64,000 nucleotides of DNA from Phycisphaeraceae bacterium (lineage in GTDB: Bacteria > Planctomycetota > Phycisphaerae > Phycisphaerales > Phycisphaeraceae), in contig OY771506.1 of NCBI GenBank assembly GCA_963674705.1, positions 4,480,001-4,544,000 of the forward strand. Direction: 5' to 3'. Under the pieces are notes generated by a model. That model was not told the DNA's origin. It was given only the letters and a program-made list of their open reading frames with translations, and made no database searches. Positions within the stretch are counted from its first letter, which is position 1. The number at the start of each line of letters is the position of its first letter. Below are positions 8,792 through 19,878 of this stretch, piece after piece. The translations under genes were made by a program, and so were the position numbers.

Positions 8792-10051
8792 CTACGGCGT
8801 CGGCGGCTGAACACCGCGGGCAATATACTCCGCCAGCCATTGCAAACGCATCGACGCATGAGAGAAGAACATCTTATACCCCTCGCAGAGGATCGATGCT
8901 TCGGGCTTATCGCCACGGTGCGGCCGATCCTTCGGACAACCGCCGTGACACAAATTGAACCACTCACACTTCATGCAGGTATCAGGCAGGTCGAGTTTGC
9001 GCCGGGCAAACGCCCCTAATGTGTCATAGTCCACACGCTCGGGCCAGGCGATGTTGCCGTCTTTGTCGTGGCCGTTGATCGTAAGCTCAACAGGCGCATC
9101 ATCATTAGCCGGAACCTGGCTTTTTGAAATATGACCGATGCGCCAGCGCTTATCAACAAAGTGATCGCAGCCGAAAACGTCACCACTGGATTCGATGGTC
9201 AGTTGCCTGTGGCAGGACTCGCTGTATATACAAAGCGGCGCATGGTTGCCGAGGATCTGATGTAGCGCGGTGTCGAAGTCTCGCACAGAAACCTTGTCAC
9301 GATACTTCTCAAACCAGAGATCGAAAGTCTCGCACATGAATCGGCCGTAGTCATCTGGCCTGGGTGAAAAGGGTGCAAGCACAGGTTCGCCCGTTGCTTC
9401 ATCCGTTTCCCACTCGACCGCCGGAATGAATTGCAGCCAGGTTTCACCAAGCCCGATCAGGTACTCGAACAAGTGCGTTGGATACTTGACGTTCTCCCGA
9501 TGCAGCACACATAGGATGTTGTGCTCAACGTTGTGCTTGCGCAGCAGCTTCAAACCGCGCATCACCTTGGCGTGTGTCTTGCTGCCATCTTTGTCGTAGC
9601 GGTGCTTATCATGCAGCGGCGGCCCGCCATCAATACTGATACCGATAAGAAATGCTTCACGCTTAAAGAACCGACACCAATCGTCATCCAGCAGCGTGCC
9701 GTTTGTCTGAAGAGCATGAACCACTTCCTGGCCGTCGCGCTGAGCGTCCTTCTGAATCTCAACCGCTTTTTCGAAAAACGGGAGCCCCGCGAGTGTCGGC
9801 TCTCCGCCCTGCCAGCAAATGGTCGCCTGATCCGGCGCGGCCGCGATGTAATCCCGAAGCGTCTTTTCAAGCGTCTCCAGACTCATCCGCTGTGTCTTCC
9901 CGTCATAGATACGGTCAGCCACATCCAGGTAATAGCAATACGCACAATCCAGATTGCAGGCCGCACCGACCGGTTTGATCATCAGCGAAGCGCTGGACAT
10001 CACCCGGGCATCGTAGGCCCCGGTAGTTTCTATGGAACTGTTGCCTGCCAT
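8792..10051 (-). CDS. Anaerobic sulfatase maturase (radical SAM/SPASM)
   Basis: MIKPVGAACNLDCAYCYY (CxxxCxxC), WQGGEPTL, LQTNGTLL, GDVFGCDHFV and CxxCxxxxxCxGGCPK. Confidence 0.93.
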   Translation of the reverse strand: MAGNSSIETTGAYDARVMSSASLMIKPVGAACNLDCAYCYYLDVADRIYDGKTQRMSLETLEKTLRDYIAAAPDQATICWQGGEPTLAGLPFFEKAVEIQKDAQRDGQEVVHALQTNGTLLDDDWCRFFKREAFLIGISIDGGPPLHDKHRYDKDGSKTHAKVMRGLKLLRKHNVEHNILCVLHRENVKYPTHLFEYLIGLGETWLQFIPAVEWETDEATGEPVLAPFSPRPDDYGRFMCETFDLWFEKYRDKVSVRDFDTALHQILGNHAPLCIYSESCHRQLTIESSGDVFGCDHFVDKRWRIGHISKSQVPANDDAPVELTINGHDKDGNIAWPERVDYDTLGAFARRKLDLPDTCMKCEWFNLCHGGCPKDRPHRGDKPEASILCEGYKMFFSHASMRLQWLAEYIARGVQPPTP

Positions 10052-10217
10052 GTGACTATGGTAGCGTCAATACCTCGCCTCACTGAAAATGTCGGGGGGG
10101 GTGCCGTATATTATGCCAGGATCGTCATAGAATTACATAAACTATTAATATTCAATTATTTACAATATCATCCTATTGCTTTCACTTCTTTTTTTCCTTC
10201 ATGGTCATGCTATAAAC

Positions 10218-10264
10218 TTGCCAAACGTTCGTTTCAGTAATATGTTTTAAACGATCGTTTGAAA
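10218..10264 (+). promoter_or_regulatory. Sigma70-type promoter overlapped by two palindromic operators (likely TetR autoregulation)
   Basis: TTGCCA-17nt-TATGTT (10218-10246), with palindromes AAACGTTCGTTT (10223-10234) and AAACGATCGTTT (10249-10260). Confidence 0.7.
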
Positions 10265-10294
10265 CTGGAGGCCGGGCTGATCCGGAGAATCGCC

Positions 10295-10936
10295 ATGACG
10301 CAGGAATCACACACGACAGGCACTCGCGAACGATTGCTAGAGGTTGCTTCCGAATTGTTTGCCGAGAAGGGATATGCGGGGGTCAGTATTTCGGAAATCA
10401 CCGGCATGGCCGAAGCCAATAAAGCCGCAGTGAACTACCACTTCGGGAGTAAGGAAAAGCTCTACCAGGAAGCCTGGCGGCACGCCCACGAACGGGTCAC
10501 CACACTCATCCCGCCCGATGGCGGTGTGGCGGATGACCAGCCCGCCGAGTTACGCTTGCGTGGCAGGATCCGTTCCGGCCTGCAAAGGGCCATGCACGGC
10601 GACGCCATTGAATTCCGCATCATGCGAAACGAAATGGCCAATCCCACCGGCCTGCTCCACCAGGTCATCGAAGACACCATCGAACCACTACGCCAAGCAA
10701 CCCAAAACATCCTCGCTGAATTGCTCGGACCCAAAGCAACCGAGATGGATATACAGCTCTGCGAGTTATGCGTGGTCTCCCCCTGGCTTCACCTGAAACA
10801 TCACAAGCACGCGAGCAAACACAAAGGCCTCGCCCCCGTGATCAATGAAGACATGCTCGAGCCGGTTGCCGACCACTTCACCGCTTATGCCCTCGCAGGC
10901 ATACGACAGATCCGCGAGCGTATCGGGCAGGGATAG
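10295..10936 (+). CDS. TetR/AcrR-family regulator (CecR/DUF1956-like)
   Basis: TRERLLEVASELFAEKGY...A.VNYHFGSKEKLY HTH; GGAG RBS before ATG 10295. Confidence 0.92.
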   Translation: MTQESHTTGTRERLLEVASELFAEKGYAGVSISEITGMAEANKAAVNYHFGSKEKLYQEAWRHAHERVTTLIPPDGGVADDQPAELRLRGRIRSGLQRAMHGDAIEFRIMRNEMANPTGLLHQVIEDTIEPLRQATQNILAELLGPKATEMDIQLCELCVVSPWLHLKHHKHASKHKGLAPVINEDMLEPVADHFTAYALAGIRQIRERIGQG

Positions 10937-11036
10937 GTTGATAAACAAGTAGCATCAGCTCCGGAACCGACTTCTAACACGCTCCGACAAAAATGGCTTC
11001 GAATACGAAACAAGCACGACGCATGAGTAACCGCTG

Positions 11037-12428
11037 ATGGATGCACTGGTCCAGAAAGGCGTGATCAGAACGCTGTTTTCGATGGCTGTGCCCATGCTGG
11101 CCGGTACGTTCGCGATGAATGCCTACAACCTGACCGACACCTGGTTCGTCTCTCGCCTGGGAACGCTTCCACTGGCGGCGATGGGATTCACGTTCCCGGT
11201 AGTGATGTTGATCACATGCGTGGGTAGAGGCATCGGCTCGGGTGTCACAACACTTGCAGCCCACGCGATGGGACGCAAGAACCATCTTGAAGCTGAACGG
11301 TTTATCGGCCAAGGCATGATCATGGGCCTGGTCGTGACGATTCTCTTGTCCATCCTCGGATACCTGCTCATCAATCCCGTCTTCCGCCTGCTTGGTGCTG
11401 ATGATAAGACGCTGCCATTAATCGGCGAATACATGCGCACCTGGTACGTGGGCACCGTCTTCATGACGATACCGATGCTGGCGCATGGTACGCTGATCGC
11501 GGTCGGTGATTCACGCGCGGTCAGCCGGCTCATCGTGTTAGGCACCGTGTTGAATGTCATCCTCGACCCGATCTTCATCTTCGGATTCCTCGGCATACCC
11601 GCGATGGGTATCCAAGGTGCAGCGCTTGCCACCGTCATCGCACAAACTTTGCCGGTTGTCTGGCTCATGCATCTGCTGATCCGTAAGCATTACCTGCTGA
11701 CACGCGCCTCGGTTGCCTTGTCAGACAGCCTGGTCGTGATGCGCCGCATCAGCCAGTTTGCGATCCCCGGTTTCTTGAGCATGATCCTCATGCCGATCTC
11801 CGCCTCGGTGATTACCAAGATCCTCAGCTCGTTCGGCCACGAAGCGGTCGCCGCAACCGGTGCGGCAGGACGCCTGGAAATGTTCGCGTTCATGGTTCCG
11901 ATGGCGCTGGGCATCTCACTGACGCCCTTCGTAAGCCAGAACTTCGGTGCCGAGCGCTTAGACCGACTGCGCTACGCACAGAAAGTCAGCACGCTTTTCG
12001 CACTTGGTTATGGCGGATTCATCACCTGCTTGTTCTACATCACCGCCCCCTGGCTCGCGGCCGCATTCACCGAAGACCCGAAAGTCACCGAGGTGCTCGT
12101 AACCTACATCCGGATCGTCGCCTTCGGTTACGGCATGATGGAAGTGCATCGCTACTGCACGTTCTTCCTCACAGGCATGCACAAACCCATGGCCTCAACA
12201 TGCCTCAACGCGATCCGCGTGCTCATCTTCCTGGTCCCGCTGTCTTACCTGGGCGCATATCTCGGCGGCATCAACGGTGTATTCATCGGCCGCTTGGCGA
12301 CCGACCTCATCGTCGGCGCTATAGGCATCGTCTGGGTAGTGATGACGCTAAAGAAAGATCACACACCATCCTCCCACAGCCCGAGCAGATCGGACTCACA
12401 CGATCCTGAATACATGGCGGAGGCATAA
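11037..12428 (+). CDS. MATE-family efflux transporter
   Basis: About 12 TM helices; YNLTDTWFVSRLG, NVILDPIFIFG..GIP.MGIQGAALATVIAQ and VSQNFGA motifs. Confidence 0.93.
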   Translation: MDALVQKGVIRTLFSMAVPMLAGTFAMNAYNLTDTWFVSRLGTLPLAAMGFTFPVVMLITCVGRGIGSGVTTLAAHAMGRKNHLEAERFIGQGMIMGLVVTILLSILGYLLINPVFRLLGADDKTLPLIGEYMRTWYVGTVFMTIPMLAHGTLIAVGDSRAVSRLIVLGTVLNVILDPIFIFGFLGIPAMGIQGAALATVIAQTLPVVWLMHLLIRKHYLLTRASVALSDSLVVMRRISQFAIPGFLSMILMPISASVITKILSSFGHEAVAATGAAGRLEMFAFMVPMALGISLTPFVSQNFGAERLDRLRYAQKVSTLFALGYGGFITCLFYITAPWLAAAFTEDPKVTEVLVTYIRIVAFGYGMMEVHRYCTFFLTGMHKPMASTCLNAIRVLIFLVPLSYLGAYLGGINGVFIGRLATDLIVGAIGIVWVVMTLKKDHTPSSHSPSRSDSHDPEYMAEA

Positions 12429-12579
12429 ACATCCCGCTCTGGTATGACATGTCAGCCAGAATCATAGGTCCACCCGTTGGTCTATGTGCCGTTACCCCAT
12501 CCGGAGGTAAATCTCATGACACAGCCTTGCACATTCAACGAACTCATGCAATCCTCTTGTAGTTCAATACGATCCAGTT

Positions 12580-13755
12580 ATGGCAAAAAAAACATCCATC
12601 ATGCAACAATCTCGCCCGCCACGTGTCGCTATCATCTGCGACGTCAGCACCGGCTACGGCAGAGAAATCACCCTCGGGGCAACACGATTTGCTAACCTCC
12701 AACGCGAATGGGAACTCTGCACCGAAACGATCGCCGGCCATGCGATCGATATGTTGCCCAGATGCGACGGTGCGATTGTCGCTTCCGGTAATCCGGAAGT
12801 GTACGACCTGGTCGCTTCCCGATGCGAGCGAGTTGTGTATTGTCCGGTTACCTTGGACGTCGAGCGACGCCCGGTGGTTTCGGTGGATGATCGGGCTGTC
12901 GGCGCATTGGCGGCAGAACACCTGATCGGCTGCGGCCTGAAGAACTTTGCGTACTACGGATTCCCCGAATCCAGCGCGTTCGATCGGCGACGATATGAAG
13001 GTTTCTCAGCCACCCTCAAGTCTTATGGCTACGCATGCAGCACCTGCAAATTCCCCTGGCCCCCCTGGCCTAACCGCCTGACTCACAACCACCACCCGCA
13101 ACTGCTTGAGTGGATCGAATCGCTGCCCATGCCTTTGGGCGTCATGGGTGTCACCGACATGCAGGCCCATGACCTGGCCGGCGCATGCCTGACCGTGCAA
13201 ATCCCCGTCCCCGAGCGCGTGGCGATCGTCGGCGTCGATGACGACCCGCTGCTTTGTGAGTCCGCCTGGCCGCCGATCACCAGCGTGGCGTGTGACTTCA
13301 AACGCGTCGGCTATGAAGCAGCCAAGACACTCAAACGTTTGTTGATGAAGGAAAAACTCCACAAAGAGGAGCTGTGGATCCACCTGCCACCACGCGGCAT
13401 CACCGAACGACAGAGCACTGATATCGTGGCGGTAACTCAACCTGAAGTCGCCGAAGCCATCCGGTATATCCGCGAACACGCCTGCGACCCCTGCACCGTC
13501 AAGGACATCCTGCATGTCGTGCCAGTCGGTCGTCGCTGGCTTGAAATGCAGTTCAAGCAGACTCTCGGCCGAACACCGCACGACGAAATCAATCGCGTCC
13601 GAATGGATGTTGCGCGTCGCCTTCTGACCCAACCGGACCTGTCCATCGTCGACATCGCCGAGCGTTGTGGATTCACTTCAGCTCAAACTTTCAGCCGGGC
13701 TTTCTCAGACGCGGTCGGTACAACACCCGCAACCTACCGACGTAAAAGGACTTAA
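12580..13755 (+). CDS. XylR-like regulator (periplasmic-binding-fold sensor + AraC HTH)
   Basis: VPERVAIVGVDDD, PPITSV, GYEAA and TERQSTD motifs; C-terminal AraC domain IAERCGF.SAQTFSRAF....GTTPATYR. Confidence 0.92.
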   Translation: MAKKTSIMQQSRPPRVAIICDVSTGYGREITLGATRFANLQREWELCTETIAGHAIDMLPRCDGAIVASGNPEVYDLVASRCERVVYCPVTLDVERRPVVSVDDRAVGALAAEHLIGCGLKNFAYYGFPESSAFDRRRYEGFSATLKSYGYACSTCKFPWPPWPNRLTHNHHPQLLEWIESLPMPLGVMGVTDMQAHDLAGACLTVQIPVPERVAIVGVDDDPLLCESAWPPITSVACDFKRVGYEAAKTLKRLLMKEKLHKEELWIHLPPRGITERQSTDIVAVTQPEVAEAIRYIREHACDPCTVKDILHVVPVGRRWLEMQFKQTLGRTPHDEINRVRMDVARRLLTQPDLSIVDIAERCGFTSAQTFSRAFSDAVGTTPATYRRKRT

Positions 13756-13838
13756 ATTGCTTTATGTCTGCCCGGGGGGATGGTAAATACATCGCGATAG
13801 GTGTGCGCATATAGCTTAAAAATGAACGCATTATGCAA

Positions 13839-13866
13839 TTGCCTTGCAATTCACTTGGTTTATAAT
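13839..13866 (+). promoter_or_regulatory. Putative sigma70 promoter for the 14-28 kb locus
   Basis: TTGCCT-16nt-TATAAT in an AT-rich intergenic region. Confidence 0.45.
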
Positions 13867-14322
13867 TGAAACGTACATATTGTTGTTACATCAGCAGCCT
13901 ACCGCTGTTGTTTCACACTTGGAGAAGCCACATACGGATTATTGTGTTGCCAGTAACCTCATTATTATTCGGTTATTATGGCAAATTGTGGTAGCGGGAT
14001 TTGATGCAAGAGCTTGGAGTTCAAAATTTTGTATTTGGGGTGCTCATGGTGGCCCCTTCGATAACAGAGACATCGGTCCTGGGCTGATCAATAATGAACT
14101 CAGCGCAGATGTAAGCATGGTGTTGCGGGCGCGGCTGATAATGTGCAAGAGACGTCAAATAAAAATGGCTTCATGTCTGATCTTCGCATTGATCGACAAC
14201 TAACGACCGCCGTCCGACGCGCAACATCTTTTTCTTATGAAGCGAACAACAGTGACCACAAGAAACGAACACGTTTATGGTCGCAACAGGGTCTACCCGG
14301 TAGCAAGAAAAGGTGAGATAAC

Positions 14323-15222
14323 ATGGAAAGTCGAAACCGTCTCAATCGTAATGGATTTACACTCATCGAACTCCTGGTGGTCATCAGCATCATCGCGCTG
14401 CTGGTCGGCATCCTCTTGCCCGCACTGGGCGCGGCACGCAGCTCAGCCAGAAATGCCAAATGCCTTTCCATGACACGCCAGCACGCGCTGGCCTGGTCCG
14501 CAATGTCTGTCGATCATAACGACGAGTTCTGGAAGTATGACTTCTACAACTTGATTCATGAAGCCCTGGAAGACTACATGCCCATGACCGGCGACGCGAG
14601 CACCGGCCTGATCTGCCCCGAAACCGAACTGCCCGAGCCCGCGCCCGGTGGTTACGACGCCAACTCGTCGGGGAATTACAGTAACAATGGTACCGCCTCG
14701 GAAGCCGTCCTCTGGAACCCCGTTGCCAATGACGGCACGTACAAGTTCTCCTCTTACGCCTTCAACGGTTTCCTCTATCACAACAAGGAAATGGGCGTGC
14801 GCGGCGCCTGGGGTATCGGCGGTTTCGACTACAACCTCGCCAAATACAGTGCCGACAAACAGAACATCCTCGATAATTACTACTTCGGCGCCAACGTCGG
14901 GCACATCCCCAGCCCCTCACAAACCCCCACCTTCGCAGACAGCAACCGCGTCGACACCTGGCCCATGGACTCGCTGGTTTACACCACCATCAGCACCGGA
15001 AAACTCGTTACCAATTCGGGTAAGGATTACGAGAACAAGATCGTCCGCATGCAGTTCAGAAGGCACTCCGGCGATGCCATCAACATCTCCTACGTCGACG
15101 GCCACGGCGAATCCCCCAGCGTCAACGACCTGTGGCACTACAAGTGGCACAAACAGTTTGAACTCAAAGATGCAAACGTAACCGGCAGCTGGAGCAGCGG
15201 CGGCGCGCCGCCATCTCGTTAA
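14323..15222 (+). CDS. Prepilin-type N-terminal cleavage/methylation protein with H-X9-DG motif (DUF1559-like)
   Basis: [39 protein letters not shown] and [15 protein letters not shown]. Confidence 0.93.
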   Translation: MESRNRLNRNGFTLIELLVVISIIALLVGILLPALGAARSSARNAKCLSMTRQHALAWSAMSVDHNDEFWKYDFYNLIHEALEDYMPMTGDASTGLICPETELPEPAPGGYDANSSGNYSNNGTASEAVLWNPVANDGTYKFSSYAFNGFLYHNKEMGVRGAWGIGGFDYNLAKYSADKQNILDNYYFGANVGHIPSPSQTPTFADSNRVDTWPMDSLVYTTISTGKLVTNSGKDYENKIVRMQFRRHSGDAINISYVDGHGESPSVNDLWHYKWHKQFELKDANVTGSWSSGGAPPSR

Positions 15223-15349
15223 CCGTTGACTCGACACATCCAGAATGCGAGGGATGAAGAGATAAGTAGCGTTTAAAACAGTTTCGGAACCTCGGCGATT
15301 CGAGCATTTTATCGCCGACGATGTATCGATCACTTTATTGGAGGAGAAC

Positions 15350-18300
15350 ATGATGAGATCTTCAGGTAAAACCGGTCTGACCGGCATCGCGGGCATGTCG
15401 CTCGCGTTGATCTGTGGTATCCCGTTTTCATCGGTCGCCAGCGCGCAATGGGCTGTGGATGCCGATGGCAACTGGACCGATACCGCCAACTGGACCGGCG
15501 GCATCGTCCCCGCCGCAAATGGTGACGCCGTCTTAGGCACCATCATCACCGACAACCGCACCGTCACCCTCGACAGTAATGTCCAACTCAACAGCCTCAC
15601 GTTCAACAACACCTTGAACGCGGGCGACTACTTCCTTGTCCCGTCGACCAGTCAGACATTAACCCTCACCGGCGACGCCGCCATTGATGTCACCGGTCGG
15701 CACTGGATCAAGGCCGAACTCGCAGGCACCGCAGGCATCAACATCAGCGGCGCCGGCGAGCTCGTGCTCGACGCGGACAACTCCTTCAGCGGCGGCCTGA
15801 ACGTCGACGCCACCAACCTCGCCGTCCTCAACACCGACGCCATCCCCGCCGGTAACGACATCACCGCGATCAACGGCGCCCAGATCCGCTTCTGGGGCAC
15901 CGACAACGCGTGGTTCGCAGGTCAAGGCGCAACCGGCTTCGGCACGATGACCTTCGCCGACAACATCTCCGTAGACGCCACCAGCTACGTCACCGTCAAC
16001 GACGGCTCCAATATCACCTTCACCGGGACCATCTCCGGCGACGGCGAGTTCCAGGCCAGTAATTCCCTGGGCAATTACAACTACACCGATGTCACCTTCA
16101 CGACCGCCAACACATACGCCGGTGCTACCCGTCTTTGGGACACAACGATGACCATCACCGGCACCGGCACGCTCGGGACATCCAACGGCACGCAAGCCAG
16201 CGGCACCTTCCTCTCCTTCGAATCGCAACTGGTGCTCGATAACGTCAACCTCGGCAACGAATACCTGTTCCTGGATGAAAACGCCGACGGTGAGCGGGCC
16301 AAGATCGCCAGCAGTGGCAACAGCGCCATCTCCGGCAACATCTACGCCAGTGAATACGATGACGGCAGCCACTACGAATTCTCCTCCGCGGCCGGCGGCA
16401 CACTCACGCTCAGCGGAACCATCTCAGCTTACGACGGCGCAGCCCCCAATGACCGGTACATGGTCTTCTCCGGTGATGGTGACTTCTCCGTGAGTAAGAT
16501 CACCGACGCCATCGTCGATACCGACGGCAACTACCTTGACGTCAGCACCGGCGCCAACGTCCACGTCGTTAAACGTGGCTCCGGCACCCTGACTATCACA
16601 ACCGCCACCGACAACCTCAACGACTACTGGGAAGCAGGCACCGTCGTCGAAGGCGGCACCCTCGTCGTCCAGTCCGACGGCAGCAACGCCGGCGAACTGC
16701 GCAGCGCCGACATCCAGGTCCTCTCAGGCGCAACGCTGGACATCAGCTCCTTCAGCAACTACAGCCTGCAGGTCACCGAGGACCCGGACGGCACCGCATT
16801 CAACGGTGACGAAATCGGTCAAACACTCAGCGGCACCGGCACCATTAACGTCGGCTCCGGAACCATCTTCGCTTATGAAGATGCGGTCTTCGCTCCGGGC
16901 GTCGACGGCGCAGGCACGCTCAGCATCAGCGGCAAACTGAGTATCAATCAATCGCAAGCCAATCCCAACGGCGGGCTGAACTTTGACCTTAGCGGTTCGG
17001 CTGCAGGCGACAACGACCTGCTCGCCGTCAGCAACAGCCTCGACCTCGACGCCGGCGGAGGCGGGACGTTCAAGCTCAATGTCACACTCACCGGTGACAC
17101 GCTGGATACAAGCCCGTACACAATCATGACCGCGGGCAGCACCGCCGGCTCATCAGCCTCGAGCGGCAGCTTCGACATCGCGATCTTCAACGAACAAGGC
17201 ACGCAGCTTGACACCCGTCAGGATGATTCGGCGTCGGTCAGCATCAACGCCAACAGCGTGACCGTCCAGTTCTCCGCGGTCGAGTCCATGAACTGGACCG
17301 GCTCGGTTGACAACACCTGGGACATCGGCACGACCGGCAACTGGAACAGCAGCGACAGCCTCTTCTATGACCTGGACAGTGTCAACTTCAGCGGCACCAA
17401 CACCGTTGACATCCCCGCTTCGGTTACCCCCAGCGGCCTGACCATCAGTAGCGGTTCAACCACCTTCACCGGTGACGGCGCGATCCAAGGCAAGGCCGAC
17501 CTCGCCATCGCCGCGGGCGCAAGTGCAACACTCGGTAACAACGGCGTCAACGCTTTCGCCGACATCAGCATCGGGGCCGGTTCAACATTGAACGCCAGCC
17601 TCGTCTCCGGTGAGTTGCAGGTCAACGGCGACCTCAGCGGCTCAGGTACCCTCAACGTCACCAGCTCCGCCGTCGTGCTCAACGGTGACAACAGTGGCTT
17701 CACCGGTTCGATGACCATCAGCGATGCGAGCGTCGTACCCAATACCGCCACCGCGCTGTCCGGCACCGTCACCGCCAACAGCAACGCCACCATCGGTGTC
17801 TACGGCCAGACATGGACCAACAGCACCGCCATGACGCTCAACGGCGGCACGCTGCGTGTCGGCGGCGGCGACGCCTCGGCGGTCAGCTTCACCGGTAACA
17901 TCAATGTCGGCGCCAATGGCGCAACCATCCAGGTCGACGGCGGCGTGGGTGCAGACGGTGCGACTGTCAACAACGTGCTCATCGGCGCAAACGCGATGAC
18001 CGCAAACGTCGGCGCCAACTCAGCGCTGAACGTGACAGGCACCGTCAGCGGTTCCGGCACACTGACGGTCAGCGACACCGGCTCCATGGTCATGGCCGAC
18101 GGCTCTGCCTTGACCGTCTCCAACATCAACGTGACCAACGGCTCGCTGGACGTCTCAGCGATGAACGCCGGCGCGGGTCTGACACTCGCCAGCGGTCAGG
18201 TCCTCAATAACGACTCTGAGAACACCGTCACCGGCAACATCTCTGCCGGCACCGGCTCGACCATCAGCGGTCACGGCACGTTCGCCAACAACATCACCGT

Positions 18301-19687
18301 CCAGAGCGGCGCGAACCTTCAGATCGGCCTTGATGGCATGAGTTCCTTCATCGCCAACAAGGGCCTGCTCGATGACTTCGACAGCTACTCGACCGGTAAC
18401 ACAAACACCGCCACCGGTAGCGTCTGGAACGAGGAAGTAGTGGTCTCCGGTCTCTCCAGCATCGTCGCCTCCGACCAGGGCAACTCGCTTCAGACACTCG
18501 GCGGTTCCGCATGGAGCGGCGCTGAGCGTGACCTCACCGGCACCGCTGCCGCCGTGGAAGTCGGGCAAACACAGGCCTTCTTCTGGCAGGTCATGCCCTC
18601 GGACGACTCCGGTGCTTACACCGCACCCGCCAACTTCTACGACTTCATGATGGGCCTGAGCACCAGTGTCGATCAGATCAACACGACCGATGCCTGGTCA
18701 GACTTCGCCGTCATGCCGTTCGTCGATAATGCGGCCGCAACACCCTACGTCGCCGCACTTGACGGCAACGCTCCATGGTGGACGGCATTAGCTACCGAAG
18801 AGTGGTGCAACATCTGGGTCATCGTCGACAACGACGCCACCAGCCCGAGCTACGATGTGTACGTCGCCCTCTCATCAGACCCCAACAACCCGGTGCTGTT
18901 CGCGGAGAATGCGTACTGGCGTGGCGGTGACAATACCGAAGGTAATCCGATCACCCCAGGCACGGCCCTCAATGCGATCGGCTTCATGGCCGCCGGTGCT
19001 GCCAACAGCAACCTCCTGATCGATAACATCTGGTACTCGGAAGACCCCGCGGACTTCCTGACCAACCCGCTTGTCGATGCATGGACAGGCAACATCGCCG
19101 CGTATGAAAACGAGACCTTGACCGTGGAAGGCGACCTGGTCCTTTCAGCCGGCGCAACCGTCTCGTTCGATATCGCGACCGACGGCATCAACGACCTGTT
19201 GAATGTCACAGGCACACTGACCGCCGGCGGCACGCTCGAGGTCACGTTGGACGCTTCGATCTCGGCACTGGCTGAAGGCGATACGTACGACATCCTCGAC
19301 TTCGCCTCAGCTACCGGCTCGTTCGCAACGCTCAACCTGCCGACGCTCGATGCCGGCCTCAGCTGGGACACCAGCAACCTGCTGGTCACCGGTATCATCG
19401 AAGTCATCGCAGGTGGCCAACTCGATGGCGACCTGAACGGTGATGGATTCGTCGGTCTGGCCGACCTGGACATCGTCCTGACACGCTGGAACCAGAACGT
19501 GACTGCAGGCGACTGGACGCAAGGCGATCCGTCCGGCGACGGATTCGTTGGACTGGATGACCTTGACTTCGTGTTAATCAACTGGAACAACGGCACACCA
19601 CCGAGTTCCAACGCCGCGATCCCCGAACCGGCCAGCCTCGCGCTGCTGGGCCTGGGTGGCATGGCGCTACTGAAGCGTCGTGGTTAA
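15350..19687 (+). CDS. Large surface protein with autotransporter-associated beta-strand repeats, dockerin-like twin repeat and PEP-CTERM
   Basis: Signal peptide; G.G.L.L...N.F/Y.G repeats; GDLNGDGFVGLADLDIVL..WN-type repeat twice; IPEPASLALLGLGGMALLKRRG. RBS GGAG before ATG 15350. Confidence 0.9.
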   Translation: MMRSSGKTGLTGIAGMSLALICGIPFSSVASAQWAVDADGNWTDTANWTGGIVPAANGDAVLGTIITDNRTVTLDSNVQLNSLTFNNTLNAGDYFLVPSTSQTLTLTGDAAIDVTGRHWIKAELAGTAGINISGAGELVLDADNSFSGGLNVDATNLAVLNTDAIPAGNDITAINGAQIRFWGTDNAWFAGQGATGFGTMTFADNISVDATSYVTVNDGSNITFTGTISGDGEFQASNSLGNYNYTDVTFTTANTYAGATRLWDTTMTITGTGTLGTSNGTQASGTFLSFESQLVLDNVNLGNEYLFLDENADGERAKIASSGNSAISGNIYASEYDDGSHYEFSSAAGGTLTLSGTISAYDGAAPNDRYMVFSGDGDFSVSKITDAIVDTDGNYLDVSTGANVHVVKRGSGTLTITTATDNLNDYWEAGTVVEGGTLVVQSDGSNAGELRSADIQVLSGATLDISSFSNYSLQVTEDPDGTAFNGDEIGQTLSGTGTINVGSGTIFAYEDAVFAPGVDGAGTLSISGKLSINQSQANPNGGLNFDLSGSAAGDNDLLAVSNSLDLDAGGGGTFKLNVTLTGDTLDTSPYTIMTAGSTAGSSASSGSFDIAIFNEQGTQLDTRQDDSASVSINANSVTVQFSAVESMNWTGSVDNTWDIGTTGNWNSSDSLFYDLDSVNFSGTNTVDIPASVTPSGLTISSGSTTFTGDGAIQGKADLAIAAGASATLGNNGVNAFADISIGAGSTLNASLVSGELQVNGDLSGSGTLNVTSSAVVLNGDNSGFTGSMTISDASVVPNTATALSGTVTANSNATIGVYGQTWTNSTAMTLNGGTLRVGGGDASAVSFTGNINVGANGATIQVDGGVGADGATVNNVLIGANAMTANVGANSALNVTGTVSGSGTLTVSDTGSMVMADGSALTVSNINVTNGSLDVSAMNAGAGLTLASGQVLNNDSENTVTGNISAGTGSTISGHGTFANNITVQSGANLQIGLDGMSSFIANKGLLDDFDSYSTGNTNTATGSVWNEEVVVSGLSSIVASDQGNSLQTLGGSAWSGAERDLTGTAAAVEVGQTQAFFWQVMPSDDSGAYTAPANFYDFMMGLSTSVDQINTTDAWSDFAVMPFVDNAAATPYVAALDGNAPWWTALATEEWCNIWVIVDNDATSPSYDVYVALSSDPNNPVLFAENAYWRGGDNTEGNPITPGTALNAIGFMAAGAANSNLLIDNIWYSEDPADFLTNPLVDAWTGNIAAYENETLTVEGDLVLSAGATVSFDIATDGINDLLNVTGTLTAGGTLEVTLDASISALAEGDTYDILDFASATGSFATLNLPTLDAGLSWDTSNLLVTGIIEVIAGGQLDGDLNGDGFVGLADLDIVLTRWNQNVTAGDWTQGDPSGDGFVGLDDLDFVLINWNNGTPPSSNAAIPEPASLALLGLGGMALLKRRG

Positions 19688-19700
19688 TCCTCAAACTCAC

Positions 19701-19733
19701 CACACGGGCTCCTTAACGGGGGCTCGTGTGTTT
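19701..19733 (+). terminator. Probable intrinsic terminator
   Basis: CACACGGGCTCC-loop-GGGGCTCGTGTG followed by TTT, 14 nt after the stop codon. Confidence 0.65.
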
Positions 19734-19878
19734 ACTCACCGTTGAACGGCTTAACCGGGGCGACATGTGGAAACCGTGAAGTCACTGGCTAAAGTCACGC
19801 AAATGATGCGTGCAATAACCTTATCCGTAACACATGCGCCATCATTCGGTTCGGCAACAACCTGTTGAAGATGTTCTG

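Noticed and set aside
13844..14473. ORFs 13844-14203 and 14237-14473
   Set aside because: They overlap the promoter/leader or the prepilin gene, have atypical composition and show no recognisable domain.
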